From the NCBI GenBank assembly GCA_028688515.1, contig JAQTXZ010000002.1, forward strand, positions 25,791 through 89,790: 64,000 nucleotides of DNA. The letters run 5' to 3'. Origin of the DNA: Patescibacteria group bacterium (lineage in GTDB: Bacteria; Patescibacteriota; Patescibacteriia; 2-12-FULL-60-25). Position 1 is the stretch's first letter, and every line of letters begins with the position of its first letter. Below, in pieces: positions 20,242 through 31,700 of the stretch. The position numbers and the translations under genes are program-made. The notes under the pieces were generated by a model. It saw only the letters and a list, made by a program, of their open reading frames with translations. It had not been told where the DNA came from and ran no database searches.

Positions 20242-20538
20242 ATGCAACCGCGCATGAATCCTTTCAGACTTCAAACTCCCGTACAGCCAAAGTCGGCCGC
20301 TTTGCCGTCCGTCCCGGTTCAGGCTGCACCCAGAGCGAGCGGCGTGCGCGGACAAAGCGGGGAGGAACGCGCCAAGGTTTTAAGTTCAATGTCGCAAGAT
20401 CCGGCAGTGATGGCGTCGCGTATTCATTATCTCAAAACGTTGGGCAAGGAGATTTATAACGAACTTCAAGACGGAGAAGACGTCGGCTCATCACGTCTTA
20501 ACTGGCTGCACAATAAATTGACTCAACAAGATATATGA
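20242..20538 (+). CDS. hypothetical protein
   Basis: ATG at 20242. The stop overlaps the next ATG (ATGA). Confidence 0.45.
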   Translation: MQPRMNPFRLQTPVQPKSAALPSVPVQAAPRASGVRGQSGEERAKVLSSMSQDPAVMASRIHYLKTLGKEIYNELQDGEDVGSSRLNWLHNKLTQQDI

Positions 20539-20759
20539 TCAATCTTTTCGAAATGCCAGCGCAATCTCCGGACAGGTTGCCGTCATCTGAGCTGGTAAAG
20601 TTGGAGTCGCTGGAAGCGCAAAAATATTTTAGCCGCTTGTCCAATGCCTTAGATACAAGAGTCGCCGAATCCGTCAAACGCTCTCCGGAACGGTTGAGGC
20701 TTCTCGAACAAGTCAAAGAAGAGGTTGAGTCGATTCAAGAGGAGCTTTTGCGACGATGA
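20535..20759 (+). CDS. hypothetical protein (helical, acidic)
   Basis: Translationally coupled to 20242..20538. Confidence 0.45.
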   Translation: MINLFEMPAQSPDRLPSSELVKLESLEAQKYFSRLSNALDTRVAESVKRSPERLRLLEQVKEEVESIQEELLRR

Positions 20760-20793
20760 TAAAAACAGGAGAAATTAGAACATGAGAGAGCCT

Positions 20794-23340
20794 CTAAGCT
20801 CTCATTTTTTTATAGATATCGCTGCCGATTGCGGGGATCAGACCGAGTGCGACGGTCATCAGGAAAAGGCTGACGGGAATGGAAGTTAGGCTTAATTTAA
20901 AGTTTATGTGCGGTAGGTAAATCATGCCGACAAAGGCAACGAGCATCACCGTGTAGACGACGAGAAAAGTTTTGTTTTTTAGAATATCGCCGGTCAACAA
21001 TTCCGGTTTGCGGTAAGAGGCGGCAGTGATGACGTTGAAAAGATTGCTCCAAAGTATTACGCTAAAGCCGAGCGTACGCGCAGTTTCCACGCTGGCCCCG
21101 TATTTTAAAGCTAAATAATAAGTTGCAAAAGTCAAAGCAAAGATACTAATGCCTTGCACCAGTATGCGCAAAAATCTTTTGATTGAGATAATGGGTCTTT
21201 TTGGATCAAGGGGTTTGCGTTTGGCGATATCCGCCTCTGCGGGCATTGCCTCAAACACCAAAGAACAAGTGGGGTCTATAATCAGTTCTATCAGAACGAT
21301 GTGAATCGGTAAAAGCAAAGAGGGCATGCCCATAAGCGGAACGACCAGAGCAATTAAAATCACGTAAATGTGAATGCCGAAAATGTAAGAGATTCCTTTT
21401 TGTATGTTGTCATAAATGCGGCGCCCGTCGTGGATGGTGCTTACGACCGTATTCAATTGATCGTCCATCAAGATCATGTCCGCGGCTTCGCGTGCCACGT
21501 TCGTGCCGCCTAAGCCCATGGCAATACCAACATCGGCTTCTTTAAGCGAGGGTGCGTCGTTGACTCCGTCGCCGATCATGGCGACGATTTCTCCCGCCGC
21601 CTGCAGTGCGCGTACGATCTTGAGTTTTTGTTCCGGTTGAACGCGTGCAAAGATTTTGATGCCGTGAATTCGCGATGTCAGTTCCTCGTCCGTCATAGCA
21701 TCTATTTCCAGGCCGGTCATTATTTTATTTTTGTGATTGATGCCAACTGCCGTTGCGATGTGCAGTGCTGTTTTTGGATGGTCGCCGGTTATCATTCGCA
21801 CGGCGATTCCGGCGCGTTCGCAGGCCAATACAGCTTGTTTGGCTTCGGTTTTTGGAGGATCGCGAAACGCAAGCAGAGAAATGAATTCAAAATTATCGGC
21901 TTTTGATAAAGTCACCGGCAAAGCGCCGCGAACGTTCTTTTTCGCCAAAGCCAGAACGCGCATGCCGCGTGCAGAAAGTTTATCGACGTTTTTAAGTAAG
22001 AGCTTCTTTTCTTCCGCGGTCAGTTTTGATCGTTCGATGATTTGTTCTGCGCCGCCTTTGGCGTAAAGAGTCGTTTTGCCGGCATTCTTCCAAGCGTAAC
22101 CTATAAACTTCAATTTGTTGTCAAAACCGTATTCGCGCGTCAGGGCATTTTTTGATTGAAGGCTGTCGATATCAACGCCGGATTGTTTTGCTGTTTCAAA
22201 GATGGATAGATCTGCCGGATCGAACGGCTCCGACGGACAGGCGAGCATCGCATCTTTCAAAAACTCCTCACTCTTCATGTTCCGCCCCTCGCTGCCAATC
22301 ATGTCCTGCAGTTCCATTCGGTTGACTGTCAGTGTCCCCGTCTTATCAGTACAAAGCGTCGTTATACTGCCGAGCGTTTCGATGGCGTTGATTTTTTTTA
22401 TGAGGGCATTCTTTTTTGTCAGGCGATAAGCGCCGAGCGCGGCAAAAACAGCCAATACGACCGGCAGCTCTTCGGGAATTACGGAAATGGCAAGGGTAAG
22501 CCCTTTTAGCAGGCTGTCGATGAGATTTTTTGTGTTGGCAAAATTAATAAAAAATAGGGAGATGCAGGAAAACAAACCAATAATGCCGAAGATCTGCACG
22601 AGTCTTCTTGTTTTTTTCTGCAGGGGAGTGGGCGATTCGTTGATCTCAGCCAACGACTCTCCAATGCGTCCGTACTGCGTTTTGGTTCCAACGGCGGTGA
22701 CTTTTATTACAGCTTGACCGGTCAGGCATAGCGTTCCCGCGAATACGGAGTTCGAATCTCGAATATCCGCTTCGCTGAATATCCGCTTTGCTGAATATCG
22801 AATATCACTTTTGGTTGATTCCAAATCGAGTTTAGAGTTTCGAGTTTCGAAATTCGCTTTATGTATTGAACCGGATTCGCCGGTCAGCATCGATTCATCG
22901 ACCGAAAAGTTGGATGAGTCCAAAATCATGCCGTCGCCTGCGATGCGCTCACCCTCGCGAACAACCAGCGCGTCGCCTACAACAAGCTCATCGTTATTGA
23001 TGGAGATCAGTTTCTCGTCGCGGATAACGCTTATCTTTGGGGTTGAGAGTTCTTTTAGCGCGTCCAAGGCTTTGTCAGTCTTCGCTTCTTGATACAGATC
23101 AATGCCAATCATCAGCAAGACGCCTATCAGCATCAAAAAACCATCCCATGCTTCGCCGACCAAAAAGTAAATGAGCGCGGTCGCGAGAAGCAGCAACAAC
23201 ATCGGCTCGTTAAAGATTTGCATGACGTAATCAAAAAAGCCCTTCTTTTTCTTTTTAAAAAGAACATTGCCGCCGTTTTTTTGTCTGCGCACGGCTTCTG
23301 ATGTTGAAAGACCTTTAAAATGATCGTACTGCAACGACAT
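20794..23340 (-). CDS. P-type cation-transporting ATPase (P2, Ca2+/cation type)
   Basis: CTDKTGTLT, MITGDHPKTA and GDGVNDAPSLKEADVGIAMG motifs. Carries an in-frame repeat insert (DIRYSAKRIFSEADIR). Confidence 0.93.
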   Translation of the reverse strand: MSLQYDHFKGLSTSEAVRRQKNGGNVLFKKKKKGFFDYVMQIFNEPMLLLLLATALIYFLVGEAWDGFLMLIGVLLMIGIDLYQEAKTDKALDALKELSTPKISVIRDEKLISINNDELVVGDALVVREGERIAGDGMILDSSNFSVDESMLTGESGSIHKANFETRNSKLDLESTKSDIRYSAKRIFSEADIRDSNSVFAGTLCLTGQAVIKVTAVGTKTQYGRIGESLAEINESPTPLQKKTRRLVQIFGIIGLFSCISLFFINFANTKNLIDSLLKGLTLAISVIPEELPVVLAVFAALGAYRLTKKNALIKKINAIETLGSITTLCTDKTGTLTVNRMELQDMIGSEGRNMKSEEFLKDAMLACPSEPFDPADLSIFETAKQSGVDIDSLQSKNALTREYGFDNKLKFIGYAWKNAGKTTLYAKGGAEQIIERSKLTAEEKKLLLKNVDKLSARGMRVLALAKKNVRGALPVTLSKADNFEFISLLAFRDPPKTEAKQAVLACERAGIAVRMITGDHPKTALHIATAVGINHKNKIMTGLEIDAMTDEELTSRIHGIKIFARVQPEQKLKIVRALQAAGEIVAMIGDGVNDAPSLKEADVGIAMGLGGTNVAREAADMILMDDQLNTVVSTIHDGRRIYDNIQKGISYIFGIHIYVILIALVVPLMGMPSLLLPIHIVLIELIIDPTCSLVFEAMPAEADIAKRKPLDPKRPIISIKRFLRILVQGISIFALTFATYYLALKYGASVETARTLGFSVILWSNLFNVITAASYRKPELLTGDILKNKTFLVVYTVMLVAFVGMIYLPHINFKLSLTSIPVSLFLMTVALGLIPAIGSDIYKKMRA

Positions 23341-23506
23341 GCGGACATTATAACATGGAACATGTAACACGTAGCACATAACATGGAACAAAGAACATGG
23401 AATAGTTTGTCATTGCGAGCGGAGTTGGACGGAGCGCGGCAATCTGGGCTGTCATCTTGAACGCAGTACATTTCTGTCGAGACGACGGAAGTTGTATAAT
23501 GTATTT

Positions 23507-24439
23507 ATGCCTAAAATTTTAAAGATGCTTTCTGAGTCTTATCTTGCGGTGATGGTCGCGTCCCTGCTTATCGGACTGTTCGTTCCGTTTGCGAGGTACT
23601 TGATTCCGTTGAATACATTGTTGTTGCAAATCATCTTTTTTTTATCTTGTCTCAAAATAGATCTCAAACAAATGAAAGGATCTGCCAAGGATTGGCGCTT
23701 TTTGCTGTTGTCTAATTTTTTGATGCTTATCGCTTTTCCGATTATCGTTTGGTTTTTAATCGGTTCGCTGTATCCGGAAACGGGTCTCGCTTTGTTTTTG
23801 CTCGCCGCCATGCCGGCCGGCACGACAACGCCGTTGTTGGTTGAGATAGTCGGCGGCAAACAGGCGACGGCAATGGTACTGACTGTCACCACCGCTTTGC
23901 TTGCACCGATAACGATTCCGTTGCTTACAAAGTATCTTTACGGCGCAACAGTCAATGTCGACGCGTTCAACATGTTTAAACAACTTGCTTTGGTGATTTT
24001 TGTGCCTTTTGTTTTGGCGTTACTGGTCAGGCGACTGAATCTATCGTTCGTCAATAAAATCAAATCCAAGACAAAACCGATTTCCATTGCCATGCTCGGT
24101 TTGCTGATTATCGGCGCGGTTTCAAAAGAATCAGCATCAATAATCTCCATGTCAAAAGATTGGTGGCAACTTTTTGTTTTGATCGGCTCACTGTTCGTCT
24201 TTTTTCTTTTCACGCATTTCGTCGGTTACTATATTTTCTGGTGGAAAAATCACGACGAGAAAAATACGGCTTCCATCACTCTTACTTACATGAATTTTAC
24301 TTTGGCCATTTATCTGGCCTCGCAATTTTTTCCACGCCCCGGAGTTCTGTTGCCGTTAGTCCTCTGTATTTTGCCGTGGGCGACTTTGTTGCCACTTTGG
24401 AAGCAGGTTTCGGAAACTTTTTTAAAGCCGGGTAAGTAA
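23507..24439 (+). CDS. bile acid:Na+ symporter (BASS) family transporter
   Basis: Multi-TM protein. AAMPAGTTTPLLVEIVGG...LLAPITIPLL resembles the BASS signature region. TATAAT at 23495-23500 lies only 6 nt before the ATG. Confidence 0.65.
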   Translation: MPKILKMLSESYLAVMVASLLIGLFVPFARYLIPLNTLLLQIIFFLSCLKIDLKQMKGSAKDWRFLLLSNFLMLIAFPIIVWFLIGSLYPETGLALFLLAAMPAGTTTPLLVEIVGGKQATAMVLTVTTALLAPITIPLLTKYLYGATVNVDAFNMFKQLALVIFVPFVLALLVRRLNLSFVNKIKSKTKPISIAMLGLLIIGAVSKESASIISMSKDWWQLFVLIGSLFVFFLFTHFVGYYIFWWKNHDEKNTASITLTYMNFTLAIYLASQFFPRPGVLLPLVLCILPWATLLPLWKQVSETFLKPGK

Positions 24440-24460
24440 GCGATCGACCGGCCGTTCCCA

Positions 24461-24656
24461 CCCTCTATCCACCCCTCATTTTGATAATATTGCGGGGGAG
24501 CCTTTCCCCCGTCGAACAGGGGAAAGGCGGTTATAGGTTAATTAGTTAAACGCAAGATTTTGCGTCTCTACAGAACGGCTCACTAACTCCTTTCCCTCGT
24601 CTGACGGGGGAAAGGTGTCACCGCAATAAGATGTAGTAGAGGTGACGGATAGAGGG
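24461..24656. repeat. ~200-bp composite palindromic element
   Basis: Outer arms CCCTCTATCC/GGATAGAGGG. Inner arms GGGGGAGCCTTTCCCCC.../...GGGGGAAAGGTG. The centre carries a copy of the ACGCAAGATTTTGCGTCTCTACAG hairpin. Confidence 0.75.
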
Positions 24657-24718
24657 TTTTTCAGGCCGTTAACTAAGCCAATTTGGCTAATTTAAGCCAA
24701 AATACTTTCTTGAGGGGG

Positions 24719-24747
24719 TTGACAAAACCCTCGTTTTGTGTTATAGT
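24719..24747 (+). promoter_or_regulatory. sigma70-type promoter (TTGACA-17-TATAGT, extended -10)
   Basis: TTGACA at 24719-24724, spacer ending TTTTGTGT, TATAGT at 24742-24747. Confidence 0.6.
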
Positions 24748-25448
24748 ACTCGGTCAAACTCGAGATCAACGCAAACAGGAAGCGCGTTGCCGAGATGACG
24801 ATTCATCGCTTAAAAAGCGATTGGGCTTACACGGGGCATCCGTGGATGATTCTGCAGGGAGGTTCGAATGAACTATCTGTGGGACGGACCACTATTACAA
24901 AGTTTCAAGTGTTAAATGCGTGCCAGCTCGCACAAGGGCGAGCGGAAAGCAGGTGGTTGAGAATCACAGAAATACACCCAGCTCAAGGCGTCAGAATACC
25001 GACAACTCCAGCAAAAGGAGGAAGCTATGAGAAATTGGCAAGTGCCACATAGACGATAGCGTCGGAAATACGATAGGGCGCGTCACCTGCCCCTCGGCGA
25101 AAAGTGGTGAGATCTGTGAGACGAAAGCATCGTCTCCGCCTTCCAGGTAAGGCGTGAATCCTGGAAAATTCCATCGGGTTTGGAATTCTCTGCTTCACCT
25201 AGGACGTGACCCGACACGTTCCTGGGCAGTTATAAAATCATAAGTCTCTTGTGACTTTGTAACTGCCCTTTCTGTATAAGCGCTCACCGGCACCTGCAAA
25301 GGTGACCGGAAAGAGGCGAATCAGCCGACACGAGCCCAAACGGATTAGGCCATTGCGGTCGTAATTCGATGAACTAAAGGCGTATGGAAGCTGAAAATGG
25401 AATAGGGCAGACAATTCAACCGACGCGAGAAGCGTCAAAGGAGCTACA

Positions 25449-25730
25449 GTGGAGAACTTCAATCACGTCATCGCGATCGCCAGTGTCAACAACGTCAACC
25501 TGATCACCGTCCTGCGCAGCGATCGTGCCGCTCAAGTCAATATGTCGCGGAACGATGGCGAACGGTTCATGCGTCGCGTGGTGAGCGTCAAGCAGTTCGG
25601 CGAGTTCCTCGTCGATGCCACGCTGGACATGGATGAGCTCATCGAAGAGGGCTGGAAGATCGAGATCGGAAGCGAATCGATCATCTGCACCCGTCGTTCC
25701 GAGCTCGTCGACGTCGCCATCGCGGCCTAG
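25449..25730 (+). CDS. small hypothetical protein
   Basis: GTG start 6 nt after AAAGGAG. G/C strongly enriched at third positions in this frame. The antisense ORF 25416..25745 has its third positions on this frame's first positions. Confidence 0.6.
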   Translation: MENFNHVIAIASVNNVNLITVLRSDRAAQVNMSRNDGERFMRRVVSVKQFGEFLVDATLDMDELIEEGWKIEIGSESIICTRRSELVDVAIAA

Positions 25731-26181
25731 TCGCTCATTCATCACCTGCCCATTCTGGGCAACTCACCCCGATTTTCTTTCGGGGGTGGAACCGGAAGCG
25801 TGACAAAAAATTCATGCTTCCAGACCATTAAACAAAATTGCAAAACCTCGCTTACGCGGGGTTTTGTGTTTGGAGTTGATCCCCTGCATTGATGCTGCGC
25901 ATCTAATGCCGTCCCCTTAACAAGGGGACGGCAGAAGTCAGTACCCCTTTTTGTAAAGGGGGACATTTGACGCGCGGCGTTGAATTGGGGGAATCAACTT
26001 AACAACCCGTCTCCTCCTGGCGTAGGAGGAGCGGCGGGCGCGTAGCAAGCCGAGGTGGTAGACAGCTCTTGACGTCATCCTCTTGCCGTGGATTATTTTA
26101 TATTGTATCTTGTCGGTGCGTGACACTTTGGGTCACGTTGGCGACTTAGGTCGGTATCAAACCCGACCAAGGAGGAATCCC

Positions 26182-26289
26182 ATGTGTGTGTTGAACGGTA
26201 GCGTGAACGGAACGTCGATGGCAGCGCGGATGGGCGCAACGAGGACGGCGAAGGACGGCGTGCGTGGCACGCGAGCGATGGGCCGATGA
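26182..26289 (+). CDS. possible 35-aa Arg-rich peptide
   Basis: ATG is 6 nt after CAAGGAGGAA. Otherwise unsupported. Confidence 0.25.
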   Translation: MCVLNGSVNGTSMAARMGATRTAKDGVRGTRAMGR

Positions 26290-26819
26290 AGATCGAACAC
26301 CGTGCAAGATTGAGGTGGATCCTGCCTCAGTCGCGCCTCCCCAGGCAGTAGTTGGGGAGGCGACACGTGCAGCGCATCCAACTCGGCTGTCGCGTGAGAC
26401 GAGGGGTCTGTTCGACCCTCGACTCCGCGCGGTCACTCGCACTGAAAAACGGCAACTGTGGAGAAGATGCCAATGCGGGCTATGGCAAACGTCGTCAGGT
26501 AGCACCAGGGCGTCAGGGGCGCGCCAGGAGAACTAAGGAGTGGTTTCCAAACTTGCTCCTAGCACTCTTTCAACCGGCTTGACCGGTTTACCGACGGAGT
26601 GCGTTCTTTGTCCGCGCGTTTTCCCGGGTCGAACCGGCATGTCTGAAGATGGTGATGGCTATCGTAAGGCTGCAAGGCGCTCGGGGAATTCTTCTGAAGG
26701 AGACGTGACTAAGCGGCTCCTCTTTTTTTTGGGGAAGACGACAGACGTCCGTCGTCTGCTGTCTGCCGTTGCAGTTTTGTAAAAAATCCAGTACTCTTTT
26801 GCAGTCGCAGGCAATTGAT

Positions 26820-26906
26820 GCGCAAGTGGCGGAACTGGTATACGCGTTGGCCTTAGGAGCCAATGCCCGCAAGGGCTTGTGGGTTCAAGTCCCACCTTGC
26901 GCACCA
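26820..26906 (+). tRNA. tRNA-Leu(TAG), type II, CCA encoded
   Basis: GCGCAAG/CTTGCGC acceptor stem, anticodon arm TTGGC-CTTAGGA-GCCAA, long variable arm, T-arm GTGGGTTCAAGTCCCAC. Terminator hairpin at 26914-26938. Confidence 0.9.
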
Positions 26907-27023
26907 CGTAAAGGCCGTGAATAAAAGCACGGCTTTTATTTTTACGGCGGGGCGCGTCGTTAAGTGCTTGAGAATAAAAAAGCCGGCTAACTTGCCGACT
27001 CTTTTTAGTTTCCAGTTTCTAGT

Positions 27024-27587
27024 TCATTTCGCTCGTTCCACGTACTCTCCCGTATCCGTATTGATGATCACCGAATCGTCTTGATTGATAAAAAGCGGAA
27101 TTTGCACCATAAAACCGTTGTCGGTTTTGGCCTCTTTGGTGACGTTGCCGCTGGCCGTATCGCCTTTAACCGCAGGCGTTGTCTCCGTAATTTTAAAAGC
27201 CATCTTTTTTGGCAATTGCAAAGAGATGGGGCTGCCGTCATGCATCGAGATGGTAACTTCCAAACCTTCGCGCAAATATCGCGCCATATCGCCGACTTCG
27301 TCATCAGCCATCGTAACCTGGTCGTATGATTTTGAATCCATGAAAGTGTAACCCGTGTTGTCATGAAAAAGATATGACATGTTGTGGTATTCCAAATCCG
27401 CAAAAGTGATTGACTCGGATGTTTTGTAAGTCGTTTCCAAGGTTTTGCCGGTCTTTGCATTTTTGATGCGCGTGCGTACAAATGCCGCGCCTTTGCCCGG
27501 GTTTACGTGTTGAAATTCGGTGACGATCCAAAGCTCGTTGTTCTGCACGATGACTGCGCCTTTTTTGATTTCGCTTGTACTGCTCAT
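27024..27587 (-). CDS. efp: translation elongation factor P
   Basis: Full-length EF-P-like sequence (KKGAVIV...PGKGAAFVRTRIKN...). Confidence 0.95.
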   Translation of the reverse strand: MSSTSEIKKGAVIVQNNELWIVTEFQHVNPGKGAAFVRTRIKNAKTGKTLETTYKTSESITFADLEYHNMSYLFHDNTGYTFMDSKSYDQVTMADDEVGDMARYLREGLEVTISMHDGSPISLQLPKKMAFKITETTPAVKGDTASGNVTKEAKTDNGFMVQIPLFINQDDSVIINTDTGEYVERAK

Positions 27588-27885
27588 ACTTTACTCAATT
27601 ACGAATTACGAATGCCAAATTACGAATTCAGGAATTGCGCCGCAATACTATTTTATATTGCCGCAAGCCTCATCAATTTGGCATTACCTATAAGTGCGCC
27701 CATTATTGTTGAATCTGGAGGATTAGTCAAGTATGCAGAGAAAGTTAAAAGCAAGATGATTGAGGATCATAATTAAAGCAAATAGCAAGTGGCAAGAAGC
27801 GAAATAATTGAGGCCGGCACTTTGCTTCTTGCTTTAAGTTAACTTGCTTAAAGCTTTAAAAAAAAGAGTCGTCGTCAACTGCGTG

Positions 27886-28314
27886 TCAGTTGACGGCGAC
27901 GAGCGAGGGGGAGGGTTGGGCGGAGACGTGGGGCTTCGAGGCGGGCGCGAGAGCGGGAACGATGGTCGAGACGGAGACATGGTTGCGTTCGCGTTCGGTG
28001 GACGCGTTGATCGCCGCCGCCAACTGGGCGATGAGATGTTTCGTGCGCTTGGTGTCTTCGCCACGTGGGAAGGAGAGCATGATGAGCGCTCTACGAGCGT
28101 GGACGTGTGGCCCGGCGGCGATCAGGTCATGCCGCACGACCGCCTTCGCTGCATCTGCCAACATTTGGCGTGTATGAGACCATGCCAGATTGTTCGGTTC
28201 CATGCCGATCATCTCGATGAGTACGGAATCCAGGTAATCCAGGCCAGGCAGATCGCGGTGTCGCGCATTCTCGTGGATGATAAAAAATTGTCTACTGATC
28301 TCTGAAAGAGCCAT
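27886..28314 (-). CDS. hypothetical protein (GC-rich)
   Basis: ATG is 5 nt after GGAGG. Its own promoter lies at 28383-28411. The overlapping plus-strand ORFs look like shadows. Confidence 0.6.
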   Translation of the reverse strand: MALSEISRQFFIIHENARHRDLPGLDYLDSVLIEMIGMEPNNLAWSHTRQMLADAAKAVVRHDLIAAGPHVHARRALIMLSFPRGEDTKRTKHLIAQLAAAINASTERERNHVSVSTIVPALAPASKPHVSAQPSPSLVAVN

Positions 28315-28382
28315 TCAAACCTCCATTGGGGGAATGCCTGCCCGCGATGTTGCTGATTGCGGGTCAGACGGTGGGAGGCTAC

Positions 28383-28411
28383 AAAATACAAAAAAAGCCG
28401 GAGGGTGTCAA
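28383..28411 (-). promoter_or_regulatory. sigma70-type promoter (TTGACA-17-TATTTT) on the minus strand
   Basis: Reverse complement reads TTGACAccctccggctttttttgTATTTT. Confidence 0.5.
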
Positions 28412-28554
28412 CTTATCAGCCTGAATTCAACTTAATGACCAACCTCTTGCCTAACTTGCATCTATTTGTTAATCTATTCGCCGTCAGTCACGTAACACAT
28501 AACATCGGTCACCCAAATTGTTAATTGTTATTTGTTCATTGTAAATTGAATTAA

Positions 28555-28629
28555 GCGGGTATCGTATAGTGGCTATTATGCGACCTTGCCAAGGTCGAGA
28601 GGCGGGTTCAATTCCCGCTACCCGCTCCA
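28555..28629 (+). tRNA. tRNA-Gly(GCC), CCA encoded
   Basis: GCGGGTA/TACCCGC acceptor stem, anticodon arm CGACC-TTGCCAA-GGTCG, T-arm GGCGGGTTCAATTCCCGCT. Confidence 0.9.
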
Positions 28630-28743
28630 ATCCAGAGGCCGGCCGAATGGCCGGCTTTTGCGTTGGTTGAGAGAGGATTCCTCGGGAGCCTTGGTGACCG
28701 CTTTCTTCCTGTTACCCGCCTTGGTGGCCATTAGGTGACCATT

Positions 28744-31700
28744 TCAGTTTCGAATCTGGCCAGATCGCGGCTCGTTCGCTCGCGTCGAGTCCGTGTGCGC
28801 CGGACCCTCGGATGCACTCTTCGCGACCCGCTGCTGGGCACGAGGGCGTATGACCCCATCGCAGTCGTCGTCAACGACGCCGTCACATGTCTCGGCGGCG
28901 CCGGGGTGGACGCTGGTATTCCCGTCGTGGCAGTCGGCGCTGTTCGCTACGTAACCCGCTGGCGCGGAGCACGCGGCGTAGGGCTTCGTTGGATCGCCGA
29001 ACCCGTCGCTGTCTGCGTCTCGGTAGAAGGTCAGGGTCGCGCCGTCGTCGATCATGCCGTTGCAGTTGTTGTCCAAGCCGTCGCACTGCTCCGACGCCGG
29101 GAACACAAGCTGCGTGCAGACGATCGCCCCGATCGAGCATGATGACGTCCCTTTCGCACACTCCCCGAGTTGCTGGGTAACTGTGCAGGGGCTGCCGCCG
29201 CCGGGGTCGCCTTCGTCAGCGTTTCCGTCGCAGTCGTCATCGAGACCGTTGCACGTCTCCTGTCCTGGTGGCTTCGGGGTACACGGTTGGACTACGCCGC
29301 CTACGCAGTCGTCTTGGGTCACCGCGCACTGACCGATGCCGCACGCCGTAGATCCGAGCCCTTCGTCGATCTGCCCGTCGCAGTCGTTGTCCTTGCCGTC
29401 GCAGACTTCTGGGTCGGTAGGGACACAGACTAACAGGCAGCCGTCCAATCCCGAGCATTCTGAGTCCGCGCAATCCACTACGCCGTCGCAGTCATCGTCG
29501 ACGTCATTGCCGCACCGGCCAGCTACCCCTTCCGTCGTCGGGTAGCCCGTGAACGGGAGCTGGATTCCGCCACGGAAGCACGGACCCCAGGCTCCAGCCT
29601 GGCAAAGCTGACTCCCACCGGCACAGGCATCAAAGCCACAGCTCTGCGAGAAGGCGTCCACCTGCCCGTCACAGTCATCATCAACGCTGTTGCACGTCTC
29701 GGCACCGCAGCACTTCCCGCCGCTGCACCACTGCCCCTGCAGGCACTTGTGGAGACAGGCGCCGCAGTTCGCCCAGTCCGCCGACAGGTTGAACACCTCG
29801 TCAACTGCGCCGTCGCAGTCGTCGTCGAGACCGTTGCAAAGCTCGGTTCCTCCAGGGTGGACGCCCCAGATGGAGTCATCGCAGTCGGTCCCGCCGCAAG
29901 CCGCGTCTTCGATCCCGTCGCCATCCGCGTCGGGACATACAGGACCCGCGGGTCCGCATTTGCCGTTTGACACGCAGGTCGAGTCCTCAGCCGCGCATGT
30001 ACTGCCAGGGCAGCATGGCTCGCCGTTCTTCCCGCAGTACGTGCAACCCGTGCCCGGCACGCACACCCGGCCAGGATCGCACGTGTGCGGAGAGACCTTC
30101 ACGTTGCAGTAGCCAGAGAGGGTGCAGGAATACTCCTCGGTCTCGGAGTTGCACTGCCAGGTGTTCGAGGGGGAGCACTCGTCCGTGCAGGCAGTACCGC
30201 CCGAGCCTCCGGCACCACCCATTCCGCCGGAGCCTCCTCCGGCACCTCCACTACCCGAACTCTGGCACGACGATCCGTTGCACGACAAGCCTTGTTTGCA
30301 AGCGCTGGGGGAGTTCGAGCCGCAACACGGTCCATTCTCATCCCCGCAGGCAGTATTGCACGTCCCGTTTGGGGCTGTACACAGCAGCCACGAACCGCAG
30401 TTCGCTAGAGTCGTAGCGTCGCTAAGGCAGCCAGTGGGAGGGCAGAGGTAGATTTTGCCTTCGTCGGCACCGCAGGTCGTTATCCCTGGACTACACCCGT
30501 CGGAGCAAGAACCACCTGCTCCACCGCCCCCGCCGCCACTCCCACCCATTCCCTGACTGATGCACTGGCCGTCCACGCATTTCGTGTCGTCAACGCAAAG
30601 CTGGTCGGGTGACATCGTATAACACGGGTTGCTCCCGAATCCAGTCCCGCAGAAGCTCCTACTGTCCTGACTCGTGCATTCAGCGTGTCCCGGGGTGCAG
30701 TTATCCATACACGCGTCGGGACCGGGTTCGTTTTCTACAACGACCAAGTCGTGGCAATCCGGGTTCAGGGTGGGAATGTATCCTGGTAAATGCAGGTGAA
30801 CGCACGGCTCGCTCGGCGTCGGGCATTTGTCCCCCTTGCCCCACCACATATGACCATTCAAGAAGTTCTGTCGCGTCACGCTCTCGCTGTTGCCCAGGTT
30901 GACCTGACGCTCGTCTTCCACCGGCGGACCAAGCAGCCTGGGGCCCGCGGAGTCAGCTAGGCACTTGTAGGTACCCCAGAAGGCGCCCTTTACTACGTAT
31001 GCCTTCCGGTCGTTTGCCAGGATGGCCCAGGTGTGGGTTTGATCGACTGGACAGTGCAAAGATGGGGCGAAATCTTGAAGAAAGACACCGTGCCAGCTAT
31101 GCACGCCAACGCCGCCTCCGTTGTCAAAGGGATAACCCGGTGGAACGGTCTTGCCATAGTCCGTAGCAAAGAAACGCTCCCGAATCGCTCTGTCAGACTC
31201 GCCACAATCCGAAATGCACCTTCCGATGCACCAGGATCTTCGCAAGCGGCCCACGGAACTGTCGTCGCAGTCGAATGCAGAATCGCAAGCAGTGCTAAAC
31301 GGTTGTATGAGAGACGTATACGGGGACCTGAACTGGTAGACAGCATCCACGCGGAGTCGGATCTCGAAGTGAAGATGTCGGGTCGTATAAGGCTCTCCCG
31401 TGTTTGCGTCCAGGTTTGATACTTTAGCGATTCTTTGTCCCCGAGCGATGTGTGAATGTAATTTGAGACCCAACGCGGGATCGGTAGCAACATGCCCATA
31501 ATGATATTCTGCTGAACCATCGTCGGCTCTTAGAATGATCCATCCGTCGTGAAAAGTAGTAAGCGACCCATCCACCACCGCTACGACCCAATGGAGCTTG
31601 TCGCGGCAAGTCGGAGGTCGGACATCTTGGCCTTGATGCCCCGTTCCAGCCGGACAGGCTGGGTTCTTCCAAGAGCGAGGCTCGCAGAAGTTGTCCCACC

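Noticed and set aside
24880-24990. RNase P RNA-like strings (GTGCCAG...CGGAAAG...CACAGAAA) downstream of the 24719 promoter.
   Set aside because: The universally conserved P4 element (GGAAAGTCC-type) and the 3' ACAGAA...CGGCTTA partner are absent. The resemblance is limited to a few short words.
26540-26782. 80-aa ORF that appears to follow a TAAGGAG sequence.
   Set aside because: The GTG start overlaps the putative SD itself, leaving no spacer. The frame shows no G/C third-position bias or recognisable features.
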